A stretch of 55,693 nt of DNA, taken from contig CAJMRR010000001.1 of NCBI GenBank assembly GCA_905215835.1, forward strand, positions 1 to 55,693, written 5' to 3'. The notes below the pieces were generated by a model. The model searched no databases. It was given only the letters and a program-made list of their open reading frames with translations, and was not told the DNA's origin. Every line of letters begins with the position of its first letter. Position 1 is the first letter of the stretch. The position numbers and the translations under genes were made by a program. This DNA is from an uncultured bacterium (GTDB lineage: Bacteria; Actinomycetota; Coriobacteriia; Coriobacteriales; Coriobacteriaceae). This document shows positions 32,681-43,045 of the stretch, piece after piece.

Positions 32681-33880
32681 CTAGATTAGGTTCTTGCCAG
32701 ATACCTTATCGAAGAGATGGGTCGCGTTCTTCTCGAACTTGAACCAGATGGTGTCGCCAGCCTTGAGCGCGCCCTTGGCCTCGAGGTCGACGACGGGGAT
32801 AATCAGGACAAACTGGCCGTCGGGAGCGGTCACGTGGACATGCTCGGTCGAGCCCATGAGCTCGGTCACCTCGACGGTACCCTGGAGCGCGCCCTCCTCG
32901 CCCTTGTCGGCAAGCAGGATCTGCTCGGGACGCACGCCGGCCGTAATCTCCTTCACGTCGCCGCCGTCCCAGTTGAGGGCAAGCTGAGCGCAAGTCTCGG
33001 GGGCGAGCGCCACGTTCATATCCTCGGTCTTGACGGTAAAGCCGTTACCCGAGCGCACCAGCTGGGCATCGAAGAAGTTCATCTGCGGCACGCCGATGAA
33101 GCCGGCGACGAAGATGTTCGCGGGATGGCTAAAGACCTCCTGCGGCGTGGCGATCTGCTGGACAACGCCGTCCTTCATGACCACGATGCGGTCGCCAAGG
33201 GTCATGGCCTCGGTCTGGTCGTGAGTAACGTAGATGAAGGTGCCCTTGATCTCGTGACGCAGCTTAATGAGCTCGGCTCGCATCTGGTTACGCAGCTTAG
33301 CGTCCAGGTTGGACAGCGGCTCGTCCATCAGGAAGACCTTGGGGTCTCGCACGATGGCGCGGCCGATGGCGACACGCTGACGCTGACCGCCGGAGAGCGC
33401 CTTGGGCTTACGGTCGAGATACTCGGTAATACCCAGGATCTCGGCAGCAGAGCGAACCTTGCGGTCGATCTCGTCCTTGGGGACCTTCTTGAGCTCAAGC
33501 GTAAACGCCATGTTCTCGTACACCGTCATGTTGGGGTACAGAGCATAGCTCTGGAACACCATGGCGATGTCGCGATCCTTGGGCGCCACGTCGTTGACGC
33601 GCTTGCCGTCGATGAGCACGTCGCCCGAGGTAATGTCCTCCAGGCCGGCGACCATGCGCATCGTCGTGGACTTACCGCAGCCAGAGGGGCCAACGAGGAC
33701 GATGAACTCCTGGTCGTGAACGGTGAGGTTGAAGTCCTCTACAGCGAGCACACCGTCCTCGGTAACCTTGAGGTTGTGCTTCTTCTCCTCGGTCTTCTTC
33801 TTTTTGCCAAAGAAGCCCTTCTTTTTGGACTCGTTGTTGGGATACACCTTCTGAACATGTTTGAGAACGATCTCGGCCAT
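32681..33880 (-). CDS. Sugar ABC transporter ATPase (MsmX/MalK-like)
   Basis: GPSGCGKST, LSGGQRQ, DEPLSNLDAKLR, YVTHDQ. Confidence 0.96.
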   Translation of the reverse strand: MAEIVLKHVQKVYPNNESKKKGFFGKKKKTEEKKHNLKVTEDGVLAVEDFNLTVHDQEFIVLVGPSGCGKSTTMRMVAGLEDITSGDVLIDGKRVNDVAPKDRDIAMVFQSYALYPNMTVYENMAFTLELKKVPKDEIDRKVRSAAEILGITEYLDRKPKALSGGQRQRVAIGRAIVRDPKVFLMDEPLSNLDAKLRNQMRAELIKLRHEIKGTFIYVTHDQTEAMTLGDRIVVMKDGVVQQIATPQEVFSHPANIFVAGFIGVPQMNFFDAQLVRSGNGFTVKTEDMNVALAPETCAQLALNWDGGDVKEITAGVRPEQILLADKGEEGALQGTVEVTELMGSTEHVHVTAPDGQFVLIIPVVDLEAKGALKAGDTIWFKFEKNATHLFDKVSGKNLI

Positions 33881-33948
33881 GTCTCTACCTTTCGATATGC
33901 GGCGCCACGCTGAGGGGCGCCGCAGAAACTTGCAAAACAGTTACGGCA

Positions 33949-34788
33949 TCAGCCCTTGACGGCACCTGCCACCACGCCGTCGATGATGTACTTCTGGCAG
34001 AGGATGTACATGATGACGATGGGGATAACGACCATCATGATGCAGGCCATCATGGGGCCGAGCTCGACGTGGCCGTAGCCGCCGCGGAAGTACTGGATCA
34101 AAATAGGAATGGTCTTGTACTTGGTGGAGTCGAGCGTAAGGTAGGGCAGAAGATAGTCGTTCCAGACCCACATGGTCTCGAGGATGCCGACCGAAAGATA
34201 GGTGGGCTTCATGATGGGAAGGACGATCTTAAAGAACACCTGGACCGGGTTGCAGCCGTCGATCATGGCCGCCTCTTCGATCTCGAGCGGAATGTTCTTT
34301 ACAAAGCCGGCGAACATAAAGACCGCCAGGCCCGCGCCAAAGCCGAGGTAGATAAAGCAGATGTTGAACGGCGTGTTGAAGCCGATGCGGTCCGCCAAAT
34401 TGGACAGCGTGAACATGAGCATCTGGAAGGGCACGACCATCGAGAAGACGAACAGGTAATAGAAGAAGTTCGAGATCTTGCTGTTGACGCGCACTACGTA
34501 CCAAGCACACATGGAGCAGCACACCAGAATCAGCACGACCGACATGACCGTGATGATGAGCGAGTACATAAATGCCGAGGCAAAGCCCTGCTCGTTAAGG
34601 GCATGCATGTAGTTTGCGAGGCCGTTGAACGTCTCGGGCGTGAGCAGATCGAATGCCGTGGTGGTGCTGATTGCGGTCGCTTTCTTAAAGGAATTGAGCG
34701 CAATCATGAACACGGGGTAGATCCACGCGAGCGACAGAATCGTAAAGAAAATCGAGAGCGCGCGGTTGATAACCTTATCGCGTTTCAT
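33949..34788 (-). CDS. Carbohydrate ABC permease (MalG-like)
   Basis: EEAAMIDGC EAA loop, WNDYLLP, GAVKG end. Confidence 0.95.
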   Translation of the reverse strand: MKRDKVINRALSIFFTILSLAWIYPVFMIALNSFKKATAISTTTAFDLLTPETFNGLANYMHALNEQGFASAFMYSLIITVMSVVLILVCCSMCAWYVVRVNSKISNFFYYLFVFSMVVPFQMLMFTLSNLADRIGFNTPFNICFIYLGFGAGLAVFMFAGFVKNIPLEIEEAAMIDGCNPVQVFFKIVLPIMKPTYLSVGILETMWVWNDYLLPYLTLDSTKYKTIPILIQYFRGGYGHVELGPMMACIMMVVIPIVIMYILCQKYIIDGVVAGAVKG

Positions 34789-35642
34789 TACTGCTGCACC
34801 TCCTTGGACCTCGTGGCCTTAAGCTGAATCATGGAGATGGCTACGACCAGGATGCAGAAGATAACCGCCTTGGCCTGACCGATGCCCTGCCATGCGATAC
34901 CGGCACGCGAATAGAACGTGTTGTAGATGTTCAGGGCGAGCATCTCGGTGGAGTGCGCGGGAGCGCCGCCGGTAAGGGCGAGGTTCTGGTCGAACAGCTT
35001 AAAGCCGTTGGTGATGGACAGGAACAGGCAGATGGTGATGGTCGGCATCAGGTTAGGGATCTTAACCTTCCAAAACGTCTGCCATGCCGTGGCACCGTCG
35101 ACCTTGGCGGCCTCGATGTAGTCGGACGGAATGGACTGCAGACCAGCGATGTAGATGATCATCATGTAGCCGACCTGCTGCCACAGGGTCAGGATGATAA
35201 GGCCCCAGAAGCCAGCAGCAGAGTTAAGAGCGATGAGCTGGGCGCCCACGTTGGAGAGCAGGCAGTTGATCAGAATCTGCCAAATGTAGCCCAGCACGAT
35301 GCCGCCGATCAGGTTAGGCATAAAGAAGATCGTACGGAAGATGTTGGTGCCTTTGAGCGCCTTGCGGGTGAGCGCCTGCGCAATGGCCAGGGCGATCACG
35401 TTGATGAGCACCGTCGACAGGAAGGCAAACGCCACGGTAAAGAAGAACGACGTGGAGAACTGCGGATCGGACAGCGCGCGCACGTAGTTCTCGATACCGA
35501 CAAAGTGCGCGTTACTAATGATAATAAACTGGCAGAACGAGAGATAGAAGCCCTGGATAAAAGGGATCACGAACCCGATCATAAACGCCAGGCACGTGGG
35601 CAGCATAAAGAGCGGCCACCAGCGCTTGAGTGCTTTGCCCAT
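34788..35642 (-). CDS. Carbohydrate ABC permease (MalF-like)
   Basis: EAAKVDGA EAA loop, multiple TM helices. Confidence 0.95.
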   Translation of the reverse strand: MGKALKRWWPLFMLPTCLAFMIGFVIPFIQGFYLSFCQFIIISNAHFVGIENYVRALSDPQFSTSFFFTVAFAFLSTVLINVIALAIAQALTRKALKGTNIFRTIFFMPNLIGGIVLGYIWQILINCLLSNVGAQLIALNSAAGFWGLIILTLWQQVGYMMIIYIAGLQSIPSDYIEAAKVDGATAWQTFWKVKIPNLMPTITICLFLSITNGFKLFDQNLALTGGAPAHSTEMLALNIYNTFYSRAGIAWQGIGQAKAVIFCILVVAISMIQLKATRSKEVQQ

Positions 35643-35729
35643 AAAAGGGTCCTTTCAATATGCAGGGGGCGGGCAAACCAACGTCTGCCCGCCCCCTGTC
35701 GCTAATCAGATAGCTTGGGCAGCAACTGC

Positions 35730-37046
35730 TTACTCGGAAGCGGCCTTCTCGGTCTTCCAGCCATCGACGAAGGCGTTCTTGACGCCGTCCCACTTGGTGT
35801 TATCGGCAGCGTAGGCAATCAGAGCCTGCTTGAGGTTCTTCTTCCACTCCTCGGAGGGAATGTAGACGAAGTCCCAAGCGACGGTCTTCTTGCCGTCCTT
35901 GGCCATGGCAACGGCCTGCTGCGAGAAGACGTTGGTAGTCTCCTTGGCGCTCTTGAACGGAGCGGTCAGACCCATCTTGTCGGCGATGATGCTGGTCGGG
36001 GTGTCAGCGGTGACGCACCAATACATGAAGTCCTCGGTGGCCTTCTGGGCATCCTCGGAAGCCTGGGAATTGACGCACCAGTAGTTCTCGCCGCCGGAGC
36101 ACAGGCCCTGGTTCTCCTCGCCGTCAACACCGATGTAGATCGGCATCATGCCAATCTGATCGTCGGTCATGCCGGCCTTGACGAGGTCAGAGTAGGCCCA
36201 AGAGCCGTTCTGGTAGAAGACGGCCTTGCCGGTTGCGAACTCATTGGTGGCGTCGTCGCCGGTCTTGGAAGCAAGCTGCGAAGGATCGCAGGTGGAGTCG
36301 GTGATGTACAGGTCGAAGATCTGCTTGTAGTTGTCGAGGAACTCACCCTTGATCTCGTCGTCCTCCTGGTTGTGCTCCTTCTCAAACTCGTAGTAGAGCG
36401 GCATGTTGGCAAGGTGGGTGGTATAGCGCCAGCTGGAGGAGTCGTCCATGCCGGCGGAAGTGAAGGCACCCTCGACACCAAGCTCGTCCTTGCGGGCCTG
36501 GATGTCATCGGCACAAGCCTTCAGCTTGTCGAAGGAGTTGATGTCCTCGGCCTTGTAGCCAGCCTTCTCGAGCAGCTGCTTGTTGTAGATGATGCCGAAG
36601 CTCTCCTGGACCCAGTCGATGCACACATCCTTGCCGTCGGACTGCAGAGCCAGGGAGTCGTCAATGAGCTCACCGCGGAGCTTGGTATCGGACAGGTCGG
36701 CGCAGTAATCCTTCCAGTTCTTAAGACCGGTGGGGCCGTTGACCTGGAACAGGGTCGGAGCGGAGCTCTTGGACATCTCGGACTTAAGCTTCTCCTCGTA
36801 GGTGTTGGAAGCGGCGGTCACGATCTTGACCTCGACGCCCTTCTCCTTCTTATAGGCCTTGGCGATCTCCTTCCACTCCTTGTCGACCTCGGGCTTGAAT
36901 TGGAGGAAGTAGACCTCGGCAGCGTCACCAGAAGCAGAGGAGCCGGAGCCGGCAGAACCACCGCAACCCACGAGGCCCAGACCAAGAACTGCAGCCGCGG
37001 AACCAGCAAAGCCCAGGAACTGCCTTCTGCTCATTTCGTTCTTCAT
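35730..37046 (-). CDS. Carbohydrate ABC substrate-binding lipoprotein (Tat signal)
   Basis: SRRQFLG...LVGC lipobox; SBP motifs (FATGKAVFYQNGSW); ATG 37046. Confidence 0.93.
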   Translation of the reverse strand: MKNEMSRRQFLGFAGSAAAVLGLGLVGCGGSAGSGSSASGDAAEVYFLQFKPEVDKEWKEIAKAYKKEKGVEVKIVTAASNTYEEKLKSEMSKSSAPTLFQVNGPTGLKNWKDYCADLSDTKLRGELIDDSLALQSDGKDVCIDWVQESFGIIYNKQLLEKAGYKAEDINSFDKLKACADDIQARKDELGVEGAFTSAGMDDSSSWRYTTHLANMPLYYEFEKEHNQEDDEIKGEFLDNYKQIFDLYITDSTCDPSQLASKTGDDATNEFATGKAVFYQNGSWAYSDLVKAGMTDDQIGMMPIYIGVDGEENQGLCSGGENYWCVNSQASEDAQKATEDFMYWCVTADTPTSIIADKMGLTAPFKSAKETTNVFSQQAVAMAKDGKKTVAWDFVYIPSEEWKKNLKQALIAYAADNTKWDGVKNAFVDGWKTEKAASE

Positions 37047-37260
37047 TACAATCCACCCTTTCACACCGTGGCGGCACCCTTTGCCGCCGCCTTCGGAGAT
37101 TGGCTCGGGGACTTTGCCCCTTTTGCTGATTTGAACGATACGCTATTTGGCTAGTTGTTTGAACAAGTATTACTAGAGCGGTAGAAAAACTTCGGTGAAC
37201 GGTAATTTCAACTTGATACTTGACAAGTTTTGTATAAACAATTATTTGTTATCTAATGCA

Positions 37261-37313
37261 GAGAAAACGCCCGGTCAAGCCGATGTACCGTCGGTTTGAC
37301 CGGGCGTTTTCTC
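37261..37313. terminator. Terminator downstream of TreR-like gene
   Basis: GAGAAAACGCCCGGTCAAGCCGA/TCGGTTTGACCGGGCGTTTTCTC stem. Confidence 0.75.
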
Positions 37314-37352
37314 TTTGAGGCCATGAGTCTCGTCAGGCTGCGAGCTAGCCGG

Positions 37353-38072
37353 CTATCGCTTGGAATTGACGCGGTAATGGAAGATCTCGGGGTGTGTGCG
37401 AGTGTGCGTCACCTCAAACAAGATGCCATCCGAGGTGTACGACTGACTCTCCATGACGGCAACGCAGTTGTATTTGCCGAGGTCAAGATAGCTGCAGTCC
37501 TCATCGTTGGCGAGCTCGACACTCACCGTACGACGGCTCGCCATCACTTTGACACCGCGCTTGTGCTCCAGATAGCCGTAAATAGAATCTGCCGCGATCT
37601 CGGGAGTCAGGCCCTTGGCGATCGACGCCAAAAAATAGCCATGGTCCACTTGGCGCGCGTTGCCGTTGAGGCTTCGGACACGCACTACGCGAATCAGCTC
37701 CTCGCCCACCTTAAAGCCCAGGCGACGAGAGAGCTGCTCGGTGCAAATCAAATGGTCAAAGGACTTAACGTCCGTCGATGCAACGGCATTGTTGCGTTTT
37801 GCGAACTCGCCAAACGACTCAACCTCTTCGAGTGCGCCCAACATGTCGGTTTCGCCCTTAAGCCAAATAACGCGCACGCCCTTGCCGTGTATGGGCTGCA
37901 CAAACATCCCGTCGGCCAGCATACCCAAGGCGCGGCGGACGGTATTGCGAGTGCATCCGAACTCCGCGGTCAGCTCGGCTTCGGTTGGCAGCATCTCTTG
38001 AAACGCATAGGTCCCATTAATGATGCGCGAGCGTATTTCTCGGTAGATTCCTTCGTATATCGCTTTTGGCAT
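37353..38072 (-). CDS. TreR-like GntR/HutC regulator
   Basis: LPTEAELTAEFGCTRNTVRRAL, HGKGVRV, SIYGYLE, UTRA domain. Confidence 0.9.
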   Translation of the reverse strand: MPKAIYEGIYREIRSRIINGTYAFQEMLPTEAELTAEFGCTRNTVRRALGMLADGMFVQPIHGKGVRVIWLKGETDMLGALEEVESFGEFAKRNNAVASTDVKSFDHLICTEQLSRRLGFKVGEELIRVVRVRSLNGNARQVDHGYFLASIAKGLTPEIAADSIYGYLEHKRGVKVMASRRTVSVELANDEDCSYLDLGKYNCVAVMESQSYTSDGILFEVTHTRTHPEIFHYRVNSKR

Positions 38073-38301
38073 TGTTTCACCTCTACATTATTCATTTCCG
38101 GCTAGGCACGATAGCATTTCTTAAAGTTGTTTAAACCGAATATCGGTAAAGCGACAGGATTTAACCGTTGACGGTTTCTGTCATGCCCAAATCGGTTTCG
38201 CTCAAAACTGCCGGTACGACAATCGTCTGGTCCTCTACAATGAATCCATTGTTTAAACGTTTCCCCACGCGCAACGCGCCTCGATATTCGGAAGGCAGAA
38301 C

Positions 38302-40752
38302 ATGCTGCAAAAAATCCAACGCTTTGGCGGGGCAATGTTCGCGCCCGCCATGCTGTTTTCTATATCAGGCCTCATGGTCGGCGTCTCCGCTCTCGCAACG
38401 ACTGCGGACATCGTCGGCGATCTCGCCGTATACGGAACCCCTTGGTACGTTTTCTGGGCTATCATCCAGCGCGGCTCGTGGACGGTCTTTAAACGCCTCC
38501 CGCTCCTTTTTGCCGTAGCGCTGCCCATCGGTCTTGCCCAAAAACAACCGGCTCGTTGCTGCCTCGAGGCTCTCGTCGCCTATTTTGCCTACTGCTTCTT
38601 TTTGAGCGAGATCATTAAGCTGAGCGGAGACAACCTTGGACTTGAGTACCCGTCATCTTTGACCTCCGCCAGCGGTATCACCGTCATCGACGGCATCAAG
38701 ACGCTCGACACCGGCATTATCGGCCCGCTGGCGGTATCGGCAACCGTCGTCGCCATCCATGACCGCTTCTACGATGCCAAAATTCCCGATTGGCTCGGCA
38801 CCTTCTCGGGCTCCTCGCTGGTCTACCTCATCAGCTTTTTTGCCGTGTTTGCCCTTGCCGCTATCTCGGCCGCCATCGTGCCCTACGTATACGATGTAAC
38901 TGATACGCTGCGTCACGCGCTTGCAGGCGTCGGTCCCTTTGGCGTGGGCATCTTTGTCTTTTTAGAACGAGCACTCGAGCCCTTTGGCCTGCACCACCTG
39001 CTCTACATGCCGATCTACTACGACAACCTGGTCATTAACGACGGCATCTACGCCACGTGGAGCAGTTTGCTCCCCATCCTCTCCCATAGCACGCGCCCCC
39101 TTAATGAACTTGCGCCGTGGGCCGGTTTTACCGCCACCGGCTGGGTCAAGCTCTTTGGCCTTCCTGCCATCGCAGCTGCGTTCTACTCCACCGCAAAACC
39201 CGAGCGCCGCGCCGGCCTCAGGGTCATCCTTGCTCCCGCCATCATCGTCTCGGTGGTTTGCGGCGTTACCGAGCCACTCGAGTTTCTCTTTATGTTCACC
39301 CACCCCGGGCTCTTTTTGCTCTACGCCGTCTTATCGTCTTGCCTTGCCACAACCATGAATCTCTTTGGCATCGTCGGCATCTTCTCGGGCGGCCTCATGG
39401 AGATGGCAGCCTTCAACTTTATTCCGCTCATGCGCATGCATGCCGGTGCCTATCTTTTGGCGCTCGGTATCGGCCTTGCCTTTAGCCTCATCTTTTTTGT
39501 GAGTTTTCGAGCACTCATCTTGATCTATGACCTTAAGACGCCGGGCCGCGAGGATCATGTCGCCAATCGCGCGGCAATCGATCGTTTAACGGAAAGCGGC
39601 TTTGCCAAAGAGCAATCTCCCAATGACGAGGTCAATAGTCAATCCGATCAAGATCACGTCCTCGCTGAGCGGGTAATTCAGCTTTTAGGTGGCGTTGGCA
39701 ATATTGCGGGCGCAACCAACTGCGCCACGCGCCTGCGCGTCGAGGTCGCAGACCCTTCCATCGTTGCAGATAACGCGTCGTTTGTCGCGGCGGGCGCCAA
39801 GGGCCTCATCATTACGGGCAAGACCGCCCAGGTGGTCATCGGCATCTCCGTTCCCCGCGTTAAAGAGCATTTTGACCAGATCATGGGCCTCGAGCCGGGA
39901 TTTGTGCCCACCGCCTCGGCCTCCCCTGTCGCCAGCCCAACCCACAAGCACGGCGATATCTGCTTCTTCGATATCGACGGAACGCTCGCCTGGCAAGACC
40001 CCAGGCTCGCCCAAGACCTTCCCGAAGACGAGCGGGACCTCTCCCCCTATCCCAACGAGGCGGTTTCGCAGGCAATCCGCGAGTTTGTCGCCAACGGCAA
40101 CATGGCCTTTATCTGCACGGGACGCACCCTGAGCTGCATCCACCCCAAACTTCTTGAGCTGCCCTGGACCGGCATCGTCTGTCTTGCGGGCGGTTACGCC
40201 GAGATCAACGGACACGCAATTCGCGATCTGTCGATGACGCCCAGTATGCTGCAGCGTCTTGCCCCCTACCTTGAGCAATCGAGCGAGGTCATCCGCTTTG
40301 AGGGCCTCAACGGCGTCGTGCGCATGAGTGCCGATGCCCCCGATGCTCCCGGATACGCGCGCACCCTGGGCGACGCAGTCACGCAGCTGCAACATTACAG
40401 TGTCTACAAGATCTTGATGTCTACACCGCTCGCCAACCACATCGCTCAAGATAAGGCACTTGAGCCGCTGCTGTGCTTTAACGAGCTCGAACTCGAGGTA
40501 ACCGAAATCTCGCCCCGCGAATGCACGAAGCGCGGGGGCATCCAGTCTGTACTCGACGCCCTCGATCCCCACCACGGAACCGTATACGGCATTGGCGACG
40601 CCAGCAATGACGTCTCGCTGATGAACGCCGTCGATGTCGGCATTGCGATGGGCAACGCACCAGACTATCTCAAAAAGCGCGCCGACTACATCACCGACTC
40701 GGTCGACAAAGATGGCGTCGTCAAGGCGCTCGAGCACTTTAGGCTTATATAA
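38302..40752 (+). CDS. Alpha-glucoside-type PTS EIICB fused to a Cof-like HAD phosphatase
   Basis: MLQKIQRFGGAM, GLHHLLY, GVTEPLEF (EIIC); NCATRLR (EIIB Cys); FFDIDGTL, CTGR, TKRGG, GDASND (HAD IIB). Confidence 0.9.
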   Translation: MLQKIQRFGGAMFAPAMLFSISGLMVGVSALATTADIVGDLAVYGTPWYVFWAIIQRGSWTVFKRLPLLFAVALPIGLAQKQPARCCLEALVAYFAYCFFLSEIIKLSGDNLGLEYPSSLTSASGITVIDGIKTLDTGIIGPLAVSATVVAIHDRFYDAKIPDWLGTFSGSSLVYLISFFAVFALAAISAAIVPYVYDVTDTLRHALAGVGPFGVGIFVFLERALEPFGLHHLLYMPIYYDNLVINDGIYATWSSLLPILSHSTRPLNELAPWAGFTATGWVKLFGLPAIAAAFYSTAKPERRAGLRVILAPAIIVSVVCGVTEPLEFLFMFTHPGLFLLYAVLSSCLATTMNLFGIVGIFSGGLMEMAAFNFIPLMRMHAGAYLLALGIGLAFSLIFFVSFRALILIYDLKTPGREDHVANRAAIDRLTESGFAKEQSPNDEVNSQSDQDHVLAERVIQLLGGVGNIAGATNCATRLRVEVADPSIVADNASFVAAGAKGLIITGKTAQVVIGISVPRVKEHFDQIMGLEPGFVPTASASPVASPTHKHGDICFFDIDGTLAWQDPRLAQDLPEDERDLSPYPNEAVSQAIREFVANGNMAFICTGRTLSCIHPKLLELPWTGIVCLAGGYAEINGHAIRDLSMTPSMLQRLAPYLEQSSEVIRFEGLNGVVRMSADAPDAPGYARTLGDAVTQLQHYSVYKILMSTPLANHIAQDKALEPLLCFNELELEVTEISPRECTKRGGIQSVLDALDPHHGTVYGIGDASNDVSLMNAVDVGIAMGNAPDYLKKRADYITDSVDKDGVVKALEHFRLI

Positions 40753-40865
40753 GCAGCCGGCACGCGCACGCGTCCCGTTTCCCCAAATCGCCAAAACAGA
40801 CGCGCCGGCAACTCCAATGTGGCAATATGGTATCTGCACACCGCAACGATGTAACCCAAGAAAGA

Positions 40866-41891
40866 ATGCGAGAACCCGTGTCCAGTCCGTTTACCAGCTT
40901 TTTAGCCCAACACTTTGACCAGATTAACGACTATCTGGCCACGTTCTTTGACGGACAGGCGACCTCTGCCGATATCGAGCGCTACCTGTACGCGCCGCTC
41001 TCGGCTTTTACGGCCAACGCCGGCAAGCGCCACCGCCCGCTTATCTGCATGCTCGCCGCAACCGCAGTGGGCGGCAGCTTTGAGAGCGCCCGCAGCGCCG
41101 CGGCAGCTATCGAGCATTTCCAGTCGGGCGCGCTGATCCACGACGACATCGCCGACAACGGACAGCTTCGTCGAGGCAAGCCCTGTATGCACCTTACCGA
41201 GGGCACGGGCCTTGCCATCAATTGTGGCGACCTGGCGCTCACCATGGTCACCAAGACGGTTCTCGACGACCCTACGCTGGAGTCCGACGTGAAGCTGCGC
41301 GTGCTCCACGAGCTTACCGAGATGATCGTCCGCACCATTGAGGGTCAAGCACTCGACCTGGGTTGGGTCCGTGACGGGCGCTTTGATATCTCGGTTGATG
41401 ACTACCTGGACATGGCGACGCACAAGACCGCGTTTTACAGCGGAGCCACGCCGCTTGCCGCCGGAGCCATTATCGGCGGCGGCAGCGATGAGCAAATCGA
41501 AGCGCTGCGCGCCTTTGGCCTACACACAGGCCTTGCCTTTCAGATTCAGGACGACCTGCTCAACCTTGTCGGCACTAAGGAAGCCGCCAACAAGGACTTC
41601 CGCACCGACATCACCGAGGGCAAGCGCACGCTTGTCGCCGTACACGCCCTGTCAGACGAGCGTTATCACGACGAGGTCGAGGCGATTCTTTCCTCGGGCA
41701 CCGATGATCCCGCGCAGCTCGCACGCGCCGTGGAGATCTTCCAGGAGACCGGCTCTATCGATTACGCCCACACTTACGCGCTCGACCTGACCGCCAAAGC
41801 CAAGGCCGCTATCGAGGACGTTGAGCTTGATTCGCACGCACGCGAACTGTTCCTCTCCATGGCAGATTTCTTTGTGGAGCGACTCAACTAG
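40866..41891 (+). CDS. Polyprenyl (GGPP-type) diphosphate synthase
   Basis: GKRHRP, LIHDDIAD..LRRG, GQALD, FQIQDD, DITEGKRT; exact start uncertain. Confidence 0.92.
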   Translation: MREPVSSPFTSFLAQHFDQINDYLATFFDGQATSADIERYLYAPLSAFTANAGKRHRPLICMLAATAVGGSFESARSAAAAIEHFQSGALIHDDIADNGQLRRGKPCMHLTEGTGLAINCGDLALTMVTKTVLDDPTLESDVKLRVLHELTEMIVRTIEGQALDLGWVRDGRFDISVDDYLDMATHKTAFYSGATPLAAGAIIGGGSDEQIEALRAFGLHTGLAFQIQDDLLNLVGTKEAANKDFRTDITEGKRTLVAVHALSDERYHDEVEAILSSGTDDPAQLARAVEIFQETGSIDYAHTYALDLTAKAKAAIEDVELDSHARELFLSMADFFVERLN

Positions 41892-42029
41892 CGGGGGTTG
41901 CAAAACCTGTCGGCAGCGCATTTGGGTACAAGTTGCTACACTGTTGAATGTATGTTTATGCATCCCTTTGCGTCGTCTATCCGACAGGCGCTCAAATAGT
42001 ACGAATGATACGCCGAAAGGGGTTCGTTC

Positions 42030-42935
42030 ATGGAACCTATTACAACGGGCATGCAGGGAGCAGCCGTCGAGGACGTGCAGTCTCGTCTCCTGCAGCTCGG
42101 CTACACGATTGATGCCACTGAGGTCGCCGACAAGCACTTTGGTGCTACCACCGAGCAGGCCGTTAGCACCTTTAGGCTCGACAGCGGTCTTGCCGCCGGT
42201 CACGCCGTCGATATCCCCTGTTGGAGTGCCCTGGTCGACGCTTCGTATAAGCTGGGCGACCGCACCCTCTACCTGCGTATGCCCAATTTCCATGGCGCCG
42301 ACGTGCAGGCCCTGCAGAAGGCGCTCAACGTTTTGGGCTTTGCCTGCGGCGAGGACGATGGCTACTTTGGCCCGCACACCGAGGCGGCCCTTCAGCAGTT
42401 CCAGGAAAACGTCGGTCTGTTTGCCGACGGTATGGCTTTCCAGGATACCTACGCCTATATCAACCGCCTGCATCACGTGTGGGAGGGCAAGCCCTCGGTC
42501 ACCGAAGCCGAGTCCCGTATCGGTTTTGCTCGCGCCGCCAACGTGCTCGAGCGCTTCCAGATTGCCGTTATCGGCGAGGACCCCATCGCACGCAGCGTTG
42601 CGTCGCGCATGTGGAATATCGCCACGGCAACGACCGACAACAGCGGCATGATGCTCTGCGACTCCGAGGTCCCAACCGACGTTGACCTGGTGCTCGAGAT
42701 CGCAAGCGACGAGCTGCCCGCCGACGCCGCACCGCGCGCCACGATTGCCCTCGCCGAGTGCCACAACCTGGCCCAGCGCATCCGCACCGCCAATGTCGCC
42801 GCGCAGCAGAAGCCGGCTCGCATTCGCATTGAGCTCACGGGCATGACGCGCTACAACGGCACCTTCACGGCCAGCGACGCGCAGACACTCGCCGTACGCC
42901 TACTCGACGGCGTTTGCGATGCCCTCGCAGATTAG
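42030..42935 (+). CDS. Tandem peptidoglycan-binding domain protein (CwlM N-terminus-like)
   Basis: Two PG_binding_1-like repeats (G..V..VQ.RL..LGY; DVQALQKAL..LGF...DGYFGPHTEAAL..FQ); no signal peptide. Confidence 0.78.
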   Translation: MEPITTGMQGAAVEDVQSRLLQLGYTIDATEVADKHFGATTEQAVSTFRLDSGLAAGHAVDIPCWSALVDASYKLGDRTLYLRMPNFHGADVQALQKALNVLGFACGEDDGYFGPHTEAALQQFQENVGLFADGMAFQDTYAYINRLHHVWEGKPSVTEAESRIGFARAANVLERFQIAVIGEDPIARSVASRMWNIATATTDNSGMMLCDSEVPTDVDLVLEIASDELPADAAPRATIALAECHNLAQRIRTANVAAQQKPARIRIELTGMTRYNGTFTASDAQTLAVRLLDGVCDALAD

Positions 42936-42942
42936 GTAAACT
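42914..42942 (+). promoter_or_regulatory. sigma70-type promoter of tRNA-Gln
   Basis: TTGCGA-17-TAAACT. Confidence 0.6.
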
Positions 42943-42973
42943 AAACGAGTTGCTTTTGGGCAACACCACACAT

Positions 42974-43045
42974 TGGGACGTAGTTCAACGGTAGAACTCC
43001 GGTTTTTGGTGCCGGCTGTTGGGGGTTCGAATCCCTCCGTCCCAG
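42974..43045 (+). tRNA. tRNA-Gln (anticodon TTG), CCA not encoded
   Basis: Acceptor TGGGACG/CGTCCCA, D arm GTTC/GAAC, anticodon arm CCGGT-TTTTGGT-GCCGG, T loop TTCGAAT. Confidence 0.95.

Noticed and set aside
35663..35698. Hairpin after the substrate-binding protein gene
   Set aside because: Ordinary ABC-operon mRNA-stabilising stem
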